A stretch of DNA of 64,000 nucleotides, taken from the NCBI GenBank assembly GCA_030704665.1, contig JAUYID010000009.1, positions 522,460-586,459 on the forward strand, written 5' to 3'. This DNA comes from a bacterium (GTDB lineage Bacteria; Patescibacteriota; Microgenomatia; Woykebacterales; RBG-16-39-9b). Positions 17,379 through 26,696 of this stretch are shown here, one piece after another (the stretch's first letter is position 1; each line of letters begins with the position of its first letter). Position numbers and translations under genes: made by a program. Below the pieces are notes generated by a model that did no database searches, was not told the origin of the DNA, and saw nothing but the letters and a program-made list of their open reading frames with translations.

Positions 17379-18155
17379 ATGTTTCCTTTCTCCAAAGGAA
17401 TAGACTTCCAGTACCTACGCAATTTCAATCTGATCATGGCTTCCCTACATGCTTTACAGGGAGTAGCCATACTGCTACTCAGCACTTCCTTTTCCTTGCC
17501 GGTAACTGCCGGTTACCTGACATTCGATTTTTCCAGCCAAGCGCTTGTACCATCCAGTAGAGAAATATTTAGTCTGCAGATTGGGCCTTTGGTGGCCCTG
17601 TTTTTCTTCCTTTCCGCGGCTGCCCACCTCATCATTGCTACGCTCTGGCGGGCAAGTTACGAAGAAGACCTAAAAAAGGGAATGAACCGGGTTCGTTGGA
17701 TCGAATACGCCCTTTCGGTTTCGGTCATGATGGTAGCGATCGCTCTGCTGGTGGGAATTTATGAGCTCACCAGTTTGATCATGATTTTTGCTTTGGTAGC
17801 TGTCATGAACCTCATGGGACTAATGATGGAAGTGCACAATCAAACTACTGAAAAAACTAGTTGGCTCGCCTTCAAAATCGGCAGCTTTGCTGGCATCGTC
17901 CCGTGGGTTGTTGTCGGTCTCTACTTCTGGGCCGCTTCTGCCTATGGAGAGGGAGATACACCCACCTTTGTTTACTGGATTTACATCAGCATCTTCGTTT
18001 TCTTCAACTGCTTTGCAATCAACATGTACCTGCAATACAAAAGAATCGGAAAGTGGAAAGACTACATTTTTGGTGAAAGGGTCTACATGGTTCTCAGTCT
18101 GGTGGCAAAATCTGCTCTTGCCTGGCAAGTCTTCGCCGGTACCCTACGGCCTTAG
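17379..18155 (+). CDS. Heliorhodopsin (HeR)
   Basis: LH..Q in TM1, AH in TM2, NRVRWIEY counterion motif, MNLMG, SLVAK retinal-binding Lys, WQVFAGTLRP. Confidence 0.93.
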   Translation: MFPFSKGIDFQYLRNFNLIMASLHALQGVAILLLSTSFSLPVTAGYLTFDFSSQALVPSSREIFSLQIGPLVALFFFLSAAAHLIIATLWRASYEEDLKKGMNRVRWIEYALSVSVMMVAIALLVGIYELTSLIMIFALVAVMNLMGLMMEVHNQTTEKTSWLAFKIGSFAGIVPWVVVGLYFWAASAYGEGDTPTFVYWIYISIFVFFNCFAINMYLQYKRIGKWKDYIFGERVYMVLSLVAKSALAWQVFAGTLRP

Positions 18156-18200
18156 GAATCCTTGACAACTTCTCCCCAACAAGCCTAAAATCCCGACACA

Positions 18201-18881
18201 ATGGAAAAATCTACCTACAAACTAAGCCCTTCGGATTTCGCTTATCTTTACGAAGACTGCAAATATTGCTACACACTTAAAATCAAACAAGGAATAGTCC
18301 AACCTAGTATGCCAATGCCGGGTGTCTTTGGCGCGATTAATACTCGGATTCAAGGAAGTCTGGTCGGTAAAAATCTCCAAAGCCTCGCCAAAAACTTACC
18401 GGACGGCGAAGTTGTTACTCAGGAAGGCTGGGTTGAATCAATTCAAATTCCCGGAACTTCAGTTTACCTAAAAGGAAAATATGATCTTTTGGTCAAAAAC
18501 TCTGACGGCAGCCACACTTTGGTTGATCTTAAAATCAGCCAGCCTGGGGAGGACAAGATCGAAAAATATAAAACTCAGCTGACTGCGTACAAATACGCTT
18601 TGGAAAACCCCAAAACAAACTCTCCCATCAAGGTCAGCAAACTTGCTTTACTAATCTTTTATCCGGACAAAGTTTCATTTGAAAGTGGAGCTGCCTTGCT
18701 CGACTTTCCCGCGAATTGGCTGGAAGTTCCAGCTGACGATGAGGCTTTCCAGATCTTTATCAAAGGAGTTGATCGGCTGCTTGCTGGTCCGGAGCCGGCT
18801 GAGAGCGAAACCTGTAAATGGTGTGTCTATAGAAAGAAGTTTCAACCACAGGAAAAGATTGTTGACGATATACCTTTTTAG
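18201..18881 (+). CDS. PD-(D/E)XK nuclease superfamily protein (AddB/Cas4-like fold)
   Basis: LSPS...C..C; GKYD...LVDLK...YKTQL..Y; C-terminal CKWC; TTGACA/TAAAAT promoter. Confidence 0.8.
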   Translation: MEKSTYKLSPSDFAYLYEDCKYCYTLKIKQGIVQPSMPMPGVFGAINTRIQGSLVGKNLQSLAKNLPDGEVVTQEGWVESIQIPGTSVYLKGKYDLLVKNSDGSHTLVDLKISQPGEDKIEKYKTQLTAYKYALENPKTNSPIKVSKLALLIFYPDKVSFESGAALLDFPANWLEVPADDEAFQIFIKGVDRLLAGPEPAESETCKWCVYRKKFQPQEKIVDDIPF

Positions 18882-18928
18882 ATAGACTTCCTTGTCTTTT
18901 CTTCTGAGCAAGCCTATACTTAGTTCCT

Positions 18929-18994
18929 ATGGCCCGCGGACAAAACAAACAGAAAAAAGAAAAGAAAAAGCCCAAGAAGGACAAGTCGAAGTAA
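18929..18994 (+). CDS. 21-aa Lys-rich small peptide MARGQNKQKKEKKKPKKDKSK
   Basis: TATACT just upstream; its stop overlaps the next ATG (TAATG). Confidence 0.6.
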   Translation: MARGQNKQKKEKKKPKKDKSK

Positions 18995-19146
18995 TGGATG
19001 AGCCAGTTCGCTGTCCTTATTGCCACAGCAAGGATCTCTCCATCCTTCCCCCCTCAAACAGAGAGTCGACCACTATTTCCTACCGCTGTCAGATGTGCTC
19101 GCGCACTTTCAGCAAGTCAAAAAACGAAGATAAAGAAGATAAATAG
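18994..19146 (+). CDS. 50-aa zinc-ribbon protein
   Basis: CPYC...YRCQMC; translationally coupled to the peptide. Confidence 0.6.
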   Translation: MDEPVRCPYCHSKDLSILPPSNRESTTISYRCQMCSRTFSKSKNEDKEDK

Positions 19147-19193
19147 GCAGTTCCTGACTTTTAAAAACACTTTCTTGTATACTCTATCTTGAG

Positions 19194-20372
19194 ATGCTTG
19201 CCTTTTCTAGAAAAAGATTGATCGCTAGCCTTGTCGGGCTCCTGCTACTTCTCTCGACAGCCTCCGCCATCTACTACTTCCTCCGTCCGGCCCAAACACC
19301 GCAAGAATCTGCTCAAAAGGAAACCCCCAAATTTGAGGCTTTTTGGAAACAGCGAATTGAGGCCGCTATGGCCCCCTCCAACTGCCCCGACACAGGTCAA
19401 CCCAAGATCCCAACCACTTCTTATCAAGGCAAACTTTATGACGGGCACATCCACATTCCTTCTATTTTCACCGGGGGTGAGAATGACGAACCGAGCTACG
19501 AAGACAAGGTGGTAAATTCAACTTTAGGTGTAAATATAAAAATGAGTGAGTTCGTTTGTGTCCTCGAACATGATGGCACGAGCAAGGCTTTTGCCTTTTT
19601 CCCAGTTTACCGAGAGATGAGCCGTCAACACATTGAGATCGCAAAGCAAACAATGGAGCGTTATCCGGATCGGTTTGTCCCCTACGTAATGCCACCGGAC
19701 AATGATGGCTCGAAGGACGGCTTTCCCACGGTGGACGCGGACAGCCTCAAAAAAATGCTCGGGGCTGACCCAGGATTGTTCAAGGGTTATGGAGAGATTG
19801 GACTTTACGCCCGCAGCGGTGGCTCCCCAGCGCTATTTCCGGACTCGCCGAGACTAACGGAAATTTACCCAGTTGTGAGAAAAAACAAACTCCTGATTTA
19901 TTTTCACCTTGGGGAAGGAATGCGGGAAAGCTACAAAAAGATCATTAAAGCTAATCCTGACATTAATTTTCTCTTCCATGGCGATCAGCTGATTCAGTGC
20001 GAAAAGTGCTCACAAGATCTTTCCCAAATCGAAGACGTTTTGGGTTCAGCACCGAATGTTTACTACGAAGTTGACGAGCTCTGGGGTGATGTTTTTATCT
20101 TTCAGCCAGAGGTGACGAAGAAGCAGTTCTTCAATCATTTCAAAGATTACAAACCGCTGCTAAAAAAAGACGTTGCGACCTGGAAAGGATTCATCGAGAA
20201 ATTTCCCGATCAAGTCATCTGGGGCAGCGACCGCGGCATTTTCCGCTGGCCGGTTGATCTTGAAGTGAGTCGGCAGCTGACTGATTACGTCCGTGCCTTT
20301 ATTGCCCGTCTAGACCCAACGGTCCAGGAAAAATACGCCTACAAAAACATTGAAAAGCTGCTGCCAAACTAG
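19194..20372 (+). CDS. Membrane-anchored amidohydrolase family protein
   Basis: DGHIH, GYGEIGLY, FH, WGSD motifs; N-terminal TM. Confidence 0.8.
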   Translation: MLAFSRKRLIASLVGLLLLLSTASAIYYFLRPAQTPQESAQKETPKFEAFWKQRIEAAMAPSNCPDTGQPKIPTTSYQGKLYDGHIHIPSIFTGGENDEPSYEDKVVNSTLGVNIKMSEFVCVLEHDGTSKAFAFFPVYREMSRQHIEIAKQTMERYPDRFVPYVMPPDNDGSKDGFPTVDADSLKKMLGADPGLFKGYGEIGLYARSGGSPALFPDSPRLTEIYPVVRKNKLLIYFHLGEGMRESYKKIIKANPDINFLFHGDQLIQCEKCSQDLSQIEDVLGSAPNVYYEVDELWGDVFIFQPEVTKKQFFNHFKDYKPLLKKDVATWKGFIEKFPDQVIWGSDRGIFRWPVDLEVSRQLTDYVRAFIARLDPTVQEKYAYKNIEKLLPN

Positions 20373-20411
20373 CTTCGTAAGTCGGCTCGCGAGAAACTTC
20401 ATCTTTTGACC

Positions 20412-20630
20412 ATGAAAATCTTTGTCAAAGTCAAACCAGCTGCAAAAGAAGACAGGCTCGAGAAGCTCGATGAAACTCATTATCGAGTCTCGGTCAAAGC
20501 TCCGCCAGTCAGAGGCCAAGCCAATGACAGCGTGGTCGTCTCGTTGGCCCTTTTTTTCAAAGTCCCCAAAGCAAAGATTCGGATCATCTCCGGTTTAACT
20601 TCCAGGGAGAAAACAATTAAGTTAGTTTAG
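20412..20630 (+). CDS. DUF167/YggU family protein
   Basis: VKVKP.AK...APPV.G.AN...ISG.TSR.K. Confidence 0.88.
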   Translation: MKIFVKVKPAAKEDRLEKLDETHYRVSVKAPPVRGQANDSVVVSLALFFKVPKAKIRIISGLTSREKTIKLV

Positions 20631-20676
20631 AAAACAACAAACAACTTTAGGCGGGCTGCTCTCTTCGCTCCTTTAA

Positions 20677-20979
20677 TTAATTTTGCGGGTTACCACACAA
20701 CGTGCTGTTGTTAATTCCAGTTTGTGTGCCGTCAGTTCCTGGCCCAGGATAAGAACCGAGGAACGTGGCATGCACCTTTTCGATTCCAAGGCTAGCGTCT
20801 TTTCCAAAAGCATCAAACGAGCCATGGTCAGCACAAACAGTTTTGGAAGTTGAAACACCGTATCCTGGCATTGTTCCGTAATCGGACCCATTACCAGAGT
20901 TGCTTGCAACCGCTGGTACGATTGCAAAAGCTACTAAAGAACCAGCCGCTACTGCGGCTCCAATATATCTTTTTAACAT
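20677..20979 (-). CDS. Small secreted Gly/Ser/Asn-rich protein with two Cys
   Basis: Signal peptide MLKRYIGAAVAAGSLVAFAIVPAVA; GGGGGTG SD. Confidence 0.65.
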   Translation of the reverse strand: MLKRYIGAAVAAGSLVAFAIVPAVASNSGNGSDYGTMPGYGVSTSKTVCADHGSFDAFGKDASLGIEKVHATFLGSYPGPGTDGTQTGINNSTLCGNPQN

Positions 20980-21165
20980 TATTTTTTTTACACCCCCTTT
21001 CACACAAAAAGTTGCCAGTGGGCAACTACAAATATGATGTGCTTTTGGCCCAAAAAAGTCAACTTTCAAGCAGACAAGCCATCAGCGTCTAGAACCAGGA
21101 AAGTAAGACTGAAATGGAGACTTTCTTCTTGCCGAGAAGAAGAAAGAGATCTATAATCTACCTAT

Positions 21166-21420
21166 ATGGCAATTGTCCGCCTCATCCTTGAAATCATCAT
21201 CGCCGTCATCGAGATTTTGCTCGTACTCAGATTGGTTTTTGTCTTGCTCGATTCGCGTCTGGTTGGCTTTGTCGCCAATGTTTTTTCTTGGACCGACCCA
21301 CTGATTGCCCCCACCAGCAATTTTTTCCCCGGTCTTCTACCCCTGTTTGCGATTCTTTTTGCTATGTTTGTTTACGGACTAGTTTTCGGTATTCTGATTG
21401 CGCTTTTGCGACTGGTCTAA
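21166..21420 (+). CDS. YggT family membrane protein
   Basis: LR..F.LL...F...TDPLIAP motif. Confidence 0.8.
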   Translation: MAIVRLILEIIIAVIEILLVLRLVFVLLDSRLVGFVANVFSWTDPLIAPTSNFFPGLLPLFAILFAMFVYGLVFGILIALLRLV

Positions 21421-21540
21421 AATTTGCAAACTAACCCCATAGTCAGGTATAATTAGCCTGTTCAGCCTAAGTAATTCCCTTTTTGAACAAAAGAAAAAGA
21501 TTTTTTTTCTTGCCGGGAGCTTACTTTGTGCTTAAAAATT

Positions 21541-23325
21541 ATGGAAAAACTGAGAAACGTGGCAATTATTGCCCATGTTGACCACGGCAAAACCACACTC
21601 GTAGACGCTCTTTTGCGTCAGAGCAACACTAAACTTCACAAGGACCTCACTGGGTCAGATCTGATCATGGACTCAAACGATCTAGAAAAAGAGCGCGGCA
21701 TCACCATTTTTTCCAAAAACGCTTCGATTGAATGGCAAGGAACCAAAATTAACATTATTGACACTCCTGGCCACGCCGATTTCGGCGGTGAGGTTGAAAG
21801 AGTTTTAAAAATGGCGGACGGCTGTCTACTTTTGGTTGACGCCAAGGAAGGGCCCATGCCGCAGACTCGTTTCGTTCTCAAAAGAGCCCTCGAACTGGGA
21901 CATAAAATCATTGTGGTCATCAACAAAATCGACCGAGCCGACGCCCGTCCTGACTGGGTCGTCAACAAGACTTTTGATCTTTTCGTGGAACTCGGAGCAG
22001 AGGAAGAAACCGCTTTCTTCCCGCTTGTTTACACTTCTGCAAAAAAGGGTCTAGCCGGTCTAGAACCAGAAATCAGCAAGATGAAAGATATTGCTCCGGT
22101 TTTTGAGGCTATTTTGCAGCATATTCCCGCCCCAGGTGGAGAGGCGGACAAACCACTGCAAATGCTTATCACCACTATCGTCGGGGACAATTTCAAGGGC
22201 CGAATCGCCACTGCCCGCATTTACAATGGCCGGGTGCGAGCTGGGCAAGAAGTGACTCACATCAACCGACTCGGGGAAATGAAAAAGGCTCGGCTCACCG
22301 CCCTGATTGGTTTTTCCGGTCTGGATCGAGTTGAAATTGACTCTGCCCAGGCTGGCGATATTGTTGCTTTTGCCGGCATTGCCGATATCAACATTGGCGA
22401 AACCGTCGCGGACCCGAATGAGGCCGTCGCTCTTCCTCTGCTCGATATTGAGGAACCGACGATCAACATGACAATTTCGGTCAACTCTTCTCCCTTTGCC
22501 GGCAAGGAGGGAGAGTTCAAAACTTCCCGCCAAATCCACGACCGACTCTACAAAGAACTGGAAACCGATATGGCTTTAAAGGTCGCAGATGGGCCAAATG
22601 GAGATTGGGTGGTTTCAGGTCGGGGGGAACTCCACTTGGCAATTTTGATTGAGAGGCTGCGCCGCGAGGGTTATGAATTTCAAGTCGCACGTCCGCAAGT
22701 AATTACAAAAATAGTTGACGGGACGAGGCTCTCCCCTTTTGAAAAGGTCTTCATTGAAGTTCCGGACCAGTACTCCGGTGTAGTCATGCAAAAAATGGGT
22801 GAGCGAGGCGGCAAACTTCTCGATATGAGGAGCGAAGACGGCGTCACCCTGACTGAGTTTGTCATTCCCACTCGCCGCCTTTTCGGCTACCGCAGTGAAT
22901 TCATCACCGATACCAAGGGCACTGGAACTCTGAACACCATTTTCCACGAGTTTGCTCCTGACGAGAGCGGCTCTTTTGTCCGCTCTCGAGGCTCTCTAGT
23001 CGCCTATGAGGACGGAGCAACCACTCTTTATGGTCTGACCAACGCTCAAGACCGCGGAGTCCTCTTTATCGGCCCAGCAATCAAGGTTTATAAAGGTCAA
23101 GTCATTGGCCAAAACGCGCGCGGGGACGATATCAAAGTCAACGTCGCCCGCGAAAAACAGCAAACCAACATGCGCAGTAAAGGGGAGGGTGTCTCTGAGC
23201 ACTTTAACGCTCCCCAACCGATGGGTTTGGAGGACTCTCTAGAATACATCGACGATTCCGAACTGGTGGAAGTGACTCCAGCCAACATTCGCCTGCGCAA
23301 AATCGACCTCAACGCCAAGTATTGA
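21541..23325 (+). CDS. typA: Translational GTPase TypA/BipA
   Basis: RNVAIIAHVDHGKTTLVD, DTPGHADFGGEVER, GRGELHL, EVTP..IRLRK. Confidence 0.97.
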   Translation: MEKLRNVAIIAHVDHGKTTLVDALLRQSNTKLHKDLTGSDLIMDSNDLEKERGITIFSKNASIEWQGTKINIIDTPGHADFGGEVERVLKMADGCLLLVDAKEGPMPQTRFVLKRALELGHKIIVVINKIDRADARPDWVVNKTFDLFVELGAEEETAFFPLVYTSAKKGLAGLEPEISKMKDIAPVFEAILQHIPAPGGEADKPLQMLITTIVGDNFKGRIATARIYNGRVRAGQEVTHINRLGEMKKARLTALIGFSGLDRVEIDSAQAGDIVAFAGIADINIGETVADPNEAVALPLLDIEEPTINMTISVNSSPFAGKEGEFKTSRQIHDRLYKELETDMALKVADGPNGDWVVSGRGELHLAILIERLRREGYEFQVARPQVITKIVDGTRLSPFEKVFIEVPDQYSGVVMQKMGERGGKLLDMRSEDGVTLTEFVIPTRRLFGYRSEFITDTKGTGTLNTIFHEFAPDESGSFVRSRGSLVAYEDGATTLYGLTNAQDRGVLFIGPAIKVYKGQVIGQNARGDDIKVNVAREKQQTNMRSKGEGVSEHFNAPQPMGLEDSLEYIDDSELVEVTPANIRLRKIDLNAKY

Positions 23326-23365
23326 CCTTTGCTGTGCGCTTTTAACTGGTGTAGAATAAACTTTA

Positions 23366-24358
23366 ATGCCTGTTGAAACAAAAGAAACTTCAAAACTCCC
23401 CCTTATTTTCATCGCTTTAGTCTTTGTTCTTTTAATCGCCGGCGGAGTTGCCTTTCTTCTTTTCTTTAATAGATCTGAACCAGTCAAGGAAGCCGCAAAC
23501 ACCAATCCTTCAGCTACAAATTCCGCCACTGTGGAAAAAACGACTATTACCAAAACTGGCTCGGCCAAAAAGATTTTCACTGGTGGCTATGCTGATCCTT
23601 CGATCATCAAGAAAAAAGATGGGACTTACTTGATGTATTTGAATAAATTTGGCAACGGTCCCAGCGGTTATCTAGTTTTGTCTTCGAAAGATGCAAAAAC
23701 CTGGAAAGAGGAGACCGGAATCATTTTCCCTGGAATTTCCGTCGCCCGCGCCTTTCAAACCAAAACCGGGATTCGTTTTTACTATCCAGAGCAAATGCCT
23801 TTGGCTGGTAGTACTGATCCGATGCCCTCCCTGCTGAGTGCCTTTTCGACTGACGGACTAGCTTTTAAGAAAGAGGCGGGAGCGAGAGTCAAACCCAGAG
23901 ACGGCTATTTCCTCGGCGGCTCGACCGTTTTTACTTTGCCAAACGGAAAACTGCGGATGTATTTTGAAGAACCCGCAGCAGCTGACCCAATGAAAAGAAA
24001 GGGTGTGATTTGGGGAGCTTCCTCCTCTGATGGTCTGAAGTGGACACGCGATAGTTCCCCAAGCATTGAACCCGAAACCAGTGTTGAGAACGCTCCAGCT
24101 GATTGGCCTCAAGCTTTGCACCCCTTCGTCGTCACCGAACCTGACGGGACTTTCTTAATGTTTTACAACACTCATTCCAAAATTTATGCGGCTGAATCAA
24201 AGGACGGACTCTCTTGGACTAAACTGGGTGACCTAGGTATCGATGGCGCCGACGCGGATGGAGTTTATCTTCCCAATGGAAACTTTCGTCTTTATTACGG
24301 GGATTTTGACGAAAAAACCGGTGGCGAAGTCTTCTCCATTGATTTGACAATTTCCTAA
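23366..24358 (+). CDS. Membrane-anchored beta-propeller glycoside hydrolase-like protein
   Basis: YADPS motif and four SxDG/AxxW/F repeats. Confidence 0.65.
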   Translation: MPVETKETSKLPLIFIALVFVLLIAGGVAFLLFFNRSEPVKEAANTNPSATNSATVEKTTITKTGSAKKIFTGGYADPSIIKKKDGTYLMYLNKFGNGPSGYLVLSSKDAKTWKEETGIIFPGISVARAFQTKTGIRFYYPEQMPLAGSTDPMPSLLSAFSTDGLAFKKEAGARVKPRDGYFLGGSTVFTLPNGKLRMYFEEPAAADPMKRKGVIWGASSSDGLKWTRDSSPSIEPETSVENAPADWPQALHPFVVTEPDGTFLMFYNTHSKIYAAESKDGLSWTKLGDLGIDGADADGVYLPNGNFRLYYGDFDEKTGGEVFSIDLTIS

Positions 24359-24535
24359 CCAAAAGAAAAGATCTCCCTCCTAAAAATCTTTTCTTAAACA
24401 GGGCGATTAGCACTTAGAACTCAGCGCCAAATGCGCCTCAAACTACCCTCTCCGAACTCGTTGTAGGTCAGCTCAAAGTGAAAGGATCGGCGCACCACTT
24501 TGCTTCTGGGTACTCATTAGGTTAAAATCGAGCCA

Positions 24536-25471
24536 ATGAAAAAGACAGTCAAACCAACCTACCCTGCCTACAAAAGTGACTTTCTTGATGTTGGGCATGG
24601 CCACCACCTTTACTACGAACTCTACGGCAATCCCAAAGGAAAACCAGTTCTCTACCTCCACGGTGGGCCAGGAGCTGGCTTCAGAGAAAGGCACAAAGGC
24701 TTCTTTGACCCCAAAATCTGGAACGTTATCCTCTTCGATCAACGGGGAGCGGGTCGCAGTACTCCTTTTGCTAGCCTCCACGAAAACACCACCGCCAGTC
24801 TAGTCAAAGACATCAACCTTTTGCTCGACAAACTAGGTCTTGAGAAAGTCCTGCTCTTTGGTGGCTCCTGGGGCTCAACTCTAGCTTTGGTTTACGCAAT
24901 TGAAAACCCCAAGAGAGTAGTCGGAATCATTACTTGGGGAGTCTTCCTTTGTGATCGTTTTGATCAAAAGTACTACCTGGAGGGTGGCTCAGCTGACTTT
25001 GCGCCTGAGGCTTGGGAACGCTTCGCAAGCATTGTCCCCAAAGAACACCAAAGTAAACCAGCACCATATTATTACCGGCAAATGCAGGGTAAAAATGAAA
25101 AGGCAAAGGACATGTTTGCTTTTGAGTGGACCCTCTATGAATGGCGCCTCATGGATCCGGATGCTAGTTTGGAAAAACTAACTCGTGAAATCAAGAAGGA
25201 AGGTTTCTACAAGTCTCTAGCGCCTCTGGAGGCTCATTACATTCTTGCTGGTGGTTTCTTTCCCGAAGGCTACATTTTGAAAAATGCTCCAAAACTAAAA
25301 ATCCCGGTGACAATTGTGCAGGGACGCTATGATTATTGCTGCCCCCCAGTTAGTGCCTACCGGCTACACAAGAAAATCAGGGGCTCCAAACTGATCATGG
25401 TCAATGCCGGTCACGCCAGCAGTGAACGCCCTACTACCAAAAAACTGATCGAAACCCTAAAAGATTTTTAA
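24536..25471 (+). CDS. pip: Proline iminopeptidase
   Basis: HGGPG, DQRGAGRS.P, GGSWG, GRYD, AGH. Confidence 0.92.
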   Translation: MKKTVKPTYPAYKSDFLDVGHGHHLYYELYGNPKGKPVLYLHGGPGAGFRERHKGFFDPKIWNVILFDQRGAGRSTPFASLHENTTASLVKDINLLLDKLGLEKVLLFGGSWGSTLALVYAIENPKRVVGIITWGVFLCDRFDQKYYLEGGSADFAPEAWERFASIVPKEHQSKPAPYYYRQMQGKNEKAKDMFAFEWTLYEWRLMDPDASLEKLTREIKKEGFYKSLAPLEAHYILAGGFFPEGYILKNAPKLKIPVTIVQGRYDYCCPPVSAYRLHKKIRGSKLIMVNAGHASSERPTTKKLIETLKDF

Positions 25472-25590
25472 GCACTCTCTTTCACTAAAGAAATGAAGCG
25501 AATTCTTGTTTGGCCAATTGACACTTCTTTTCTTCCCCACTAAACTATAAACATTGTTCTTTGTAAAAAGCGAAAGGCGGTGATTTTTTT

Positions 25591-25854
25591 ATGAAATACA
25601 CAATGACCTGTAATCAAGGCCACGAAGACGAGCCCTTTACTGCTAGTGTCGAAGCTGAAAATGACGATGAGGCGATGGGAAAGATGATGGAAGAGGTAAA
25701 ACCTCACCTAGCTGAAAAGCACTCTGACCTGGCTGGGAAAAGCGACGATGAACTCAAAGAAATGATCGTGGGAATGTGGAGCAAAGAAGAGGGCGGCGCG
25801 GCAATGGGTGGTGACACCACTCCCGAAGCAGGTGGGGAGACACCCGCTGCATAA
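25591..25854 (+). CDS. DUF1059-like small protein
   Basis: MTC...F...AENDDE.M......H..EKH; SD upstream; terminator downstream. Confidence 0.65.
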   Translation: MKYTMTCNQGHEDEPFTASVEAENDDEAMGKMMEEVKPHLAEKHSDLAGKSDDELKEMIVGMWSKEEGGAAMGGDTTPEAGGETPAA

Positions 25855-25878
25855 ATAAAGACTTTTAATAGGTGAAGG

Positions 25879-25910
25879 AAAGGCGGCCCAGAGGGTCGCT
25901 TTTCTTTTTT
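25879..25910 (+). terminator. Intrinsic terminator
   Basis: AAAGGCGGCCC-AGA-GGGTCGCTTTT followed by a T-run. Confidence 0.75.
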
Positions 25911-26696
25911 CTAACCTTCGTTACGAGCAAATTGTCCACTTTCCTTTGATTTAGCAAACAAACGCGAGAAAACCCAAAGCGCCAGGGCGAAATAAAAGAT
26001 GTTTTCTGCAAAAGCAATGCCAATTGCAGCCCAGTTGACCTGCGTATTGTTAAGCGAGTTGCGGGCCATTTCAAAAACATGGGTTGTGGGTAGTGAGTAA
26101 GCAAGGACTTGCATGGCTGGGGGGAGAATTTTGACGGGAAAGAAAGTTGCGCTCAAAGGCTGCAGTACAAAAACCAATCCCCAAGCTAGTGCCTGAATCC
26201 TCGTCCCAAAACGGAAGATCAAACCCAGCATAAAAATCCCAAAAGACCAAGAGAAAATTGCTAGATTGATGAAGGAAAAGACAAGAGTCACTGCTCCAAT
26301 TTGAAAAACATTGAAGTGAAATAGAAACAAGGAAATAAAACTGACCAAAAAGAAAACTATTAGTGACTTGATCGTTCCAGAGAGAATCAGAGCAAACAAG
26401 TATTCACTAACTGAAAGGGGAGTGATAAACATGTTGCTCAAATTTCTTGCCCAAATATTCCAGAGCGCTCCTACAGTAACCGAAAACTGACAAATTCGAA
26501 TCACTTCCCAGAAAATCAAACCCAAAAGCAGGTATTTCCCTGCCAGAGTTGAGTTTTCCTGGCCCAAGAAAAGATAGACGAACCCGAAAGCTAGCAATGA
26601 AAGGACTGAGAAGAAAAATAAATCTACGATCACTTCCAAAGACCGACGAGTAATGTAGAACTCTTGCAAAAGAATCCCGAGAACCCTATGTATCAT
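25911..26696 (-). CDS. ABC-2 type permease
   Basis: Six TM; NL.NMFITPLS and FFPV.ILP...LPTTHVFE motifs. Confidence 0.88.
   Translation of the reverse strand: MIHRVLGILLQEFYITRRSLEVIVDLFFFSVLSLLAFGFVYLFLGQENSTLAGKYLLLGLIFWEVIRICQFSVTVGALWNIWARNLSNMFITPLSVSEYLFALILSGTIKSLIVFFLVSFISLFLFHFNVFQIGAVTLVFSFINLAIFSWSFGIFMLGLIFRFGTRIQALAWGLVFVLQPLSATFFPVKILPPAMQVLAYSLPTTHVFEMARNSLNNTQVNWAAIGIAFAENIFYFALALWVFSRLFAKSKESGQFARNEG

Noticed and set aside
18201-18881. cas4 as part of a CRISPR locus
   Set aside because: No array or other cas genes nearby; treated as a stand-alone PD-(D/E)XK nuclease.
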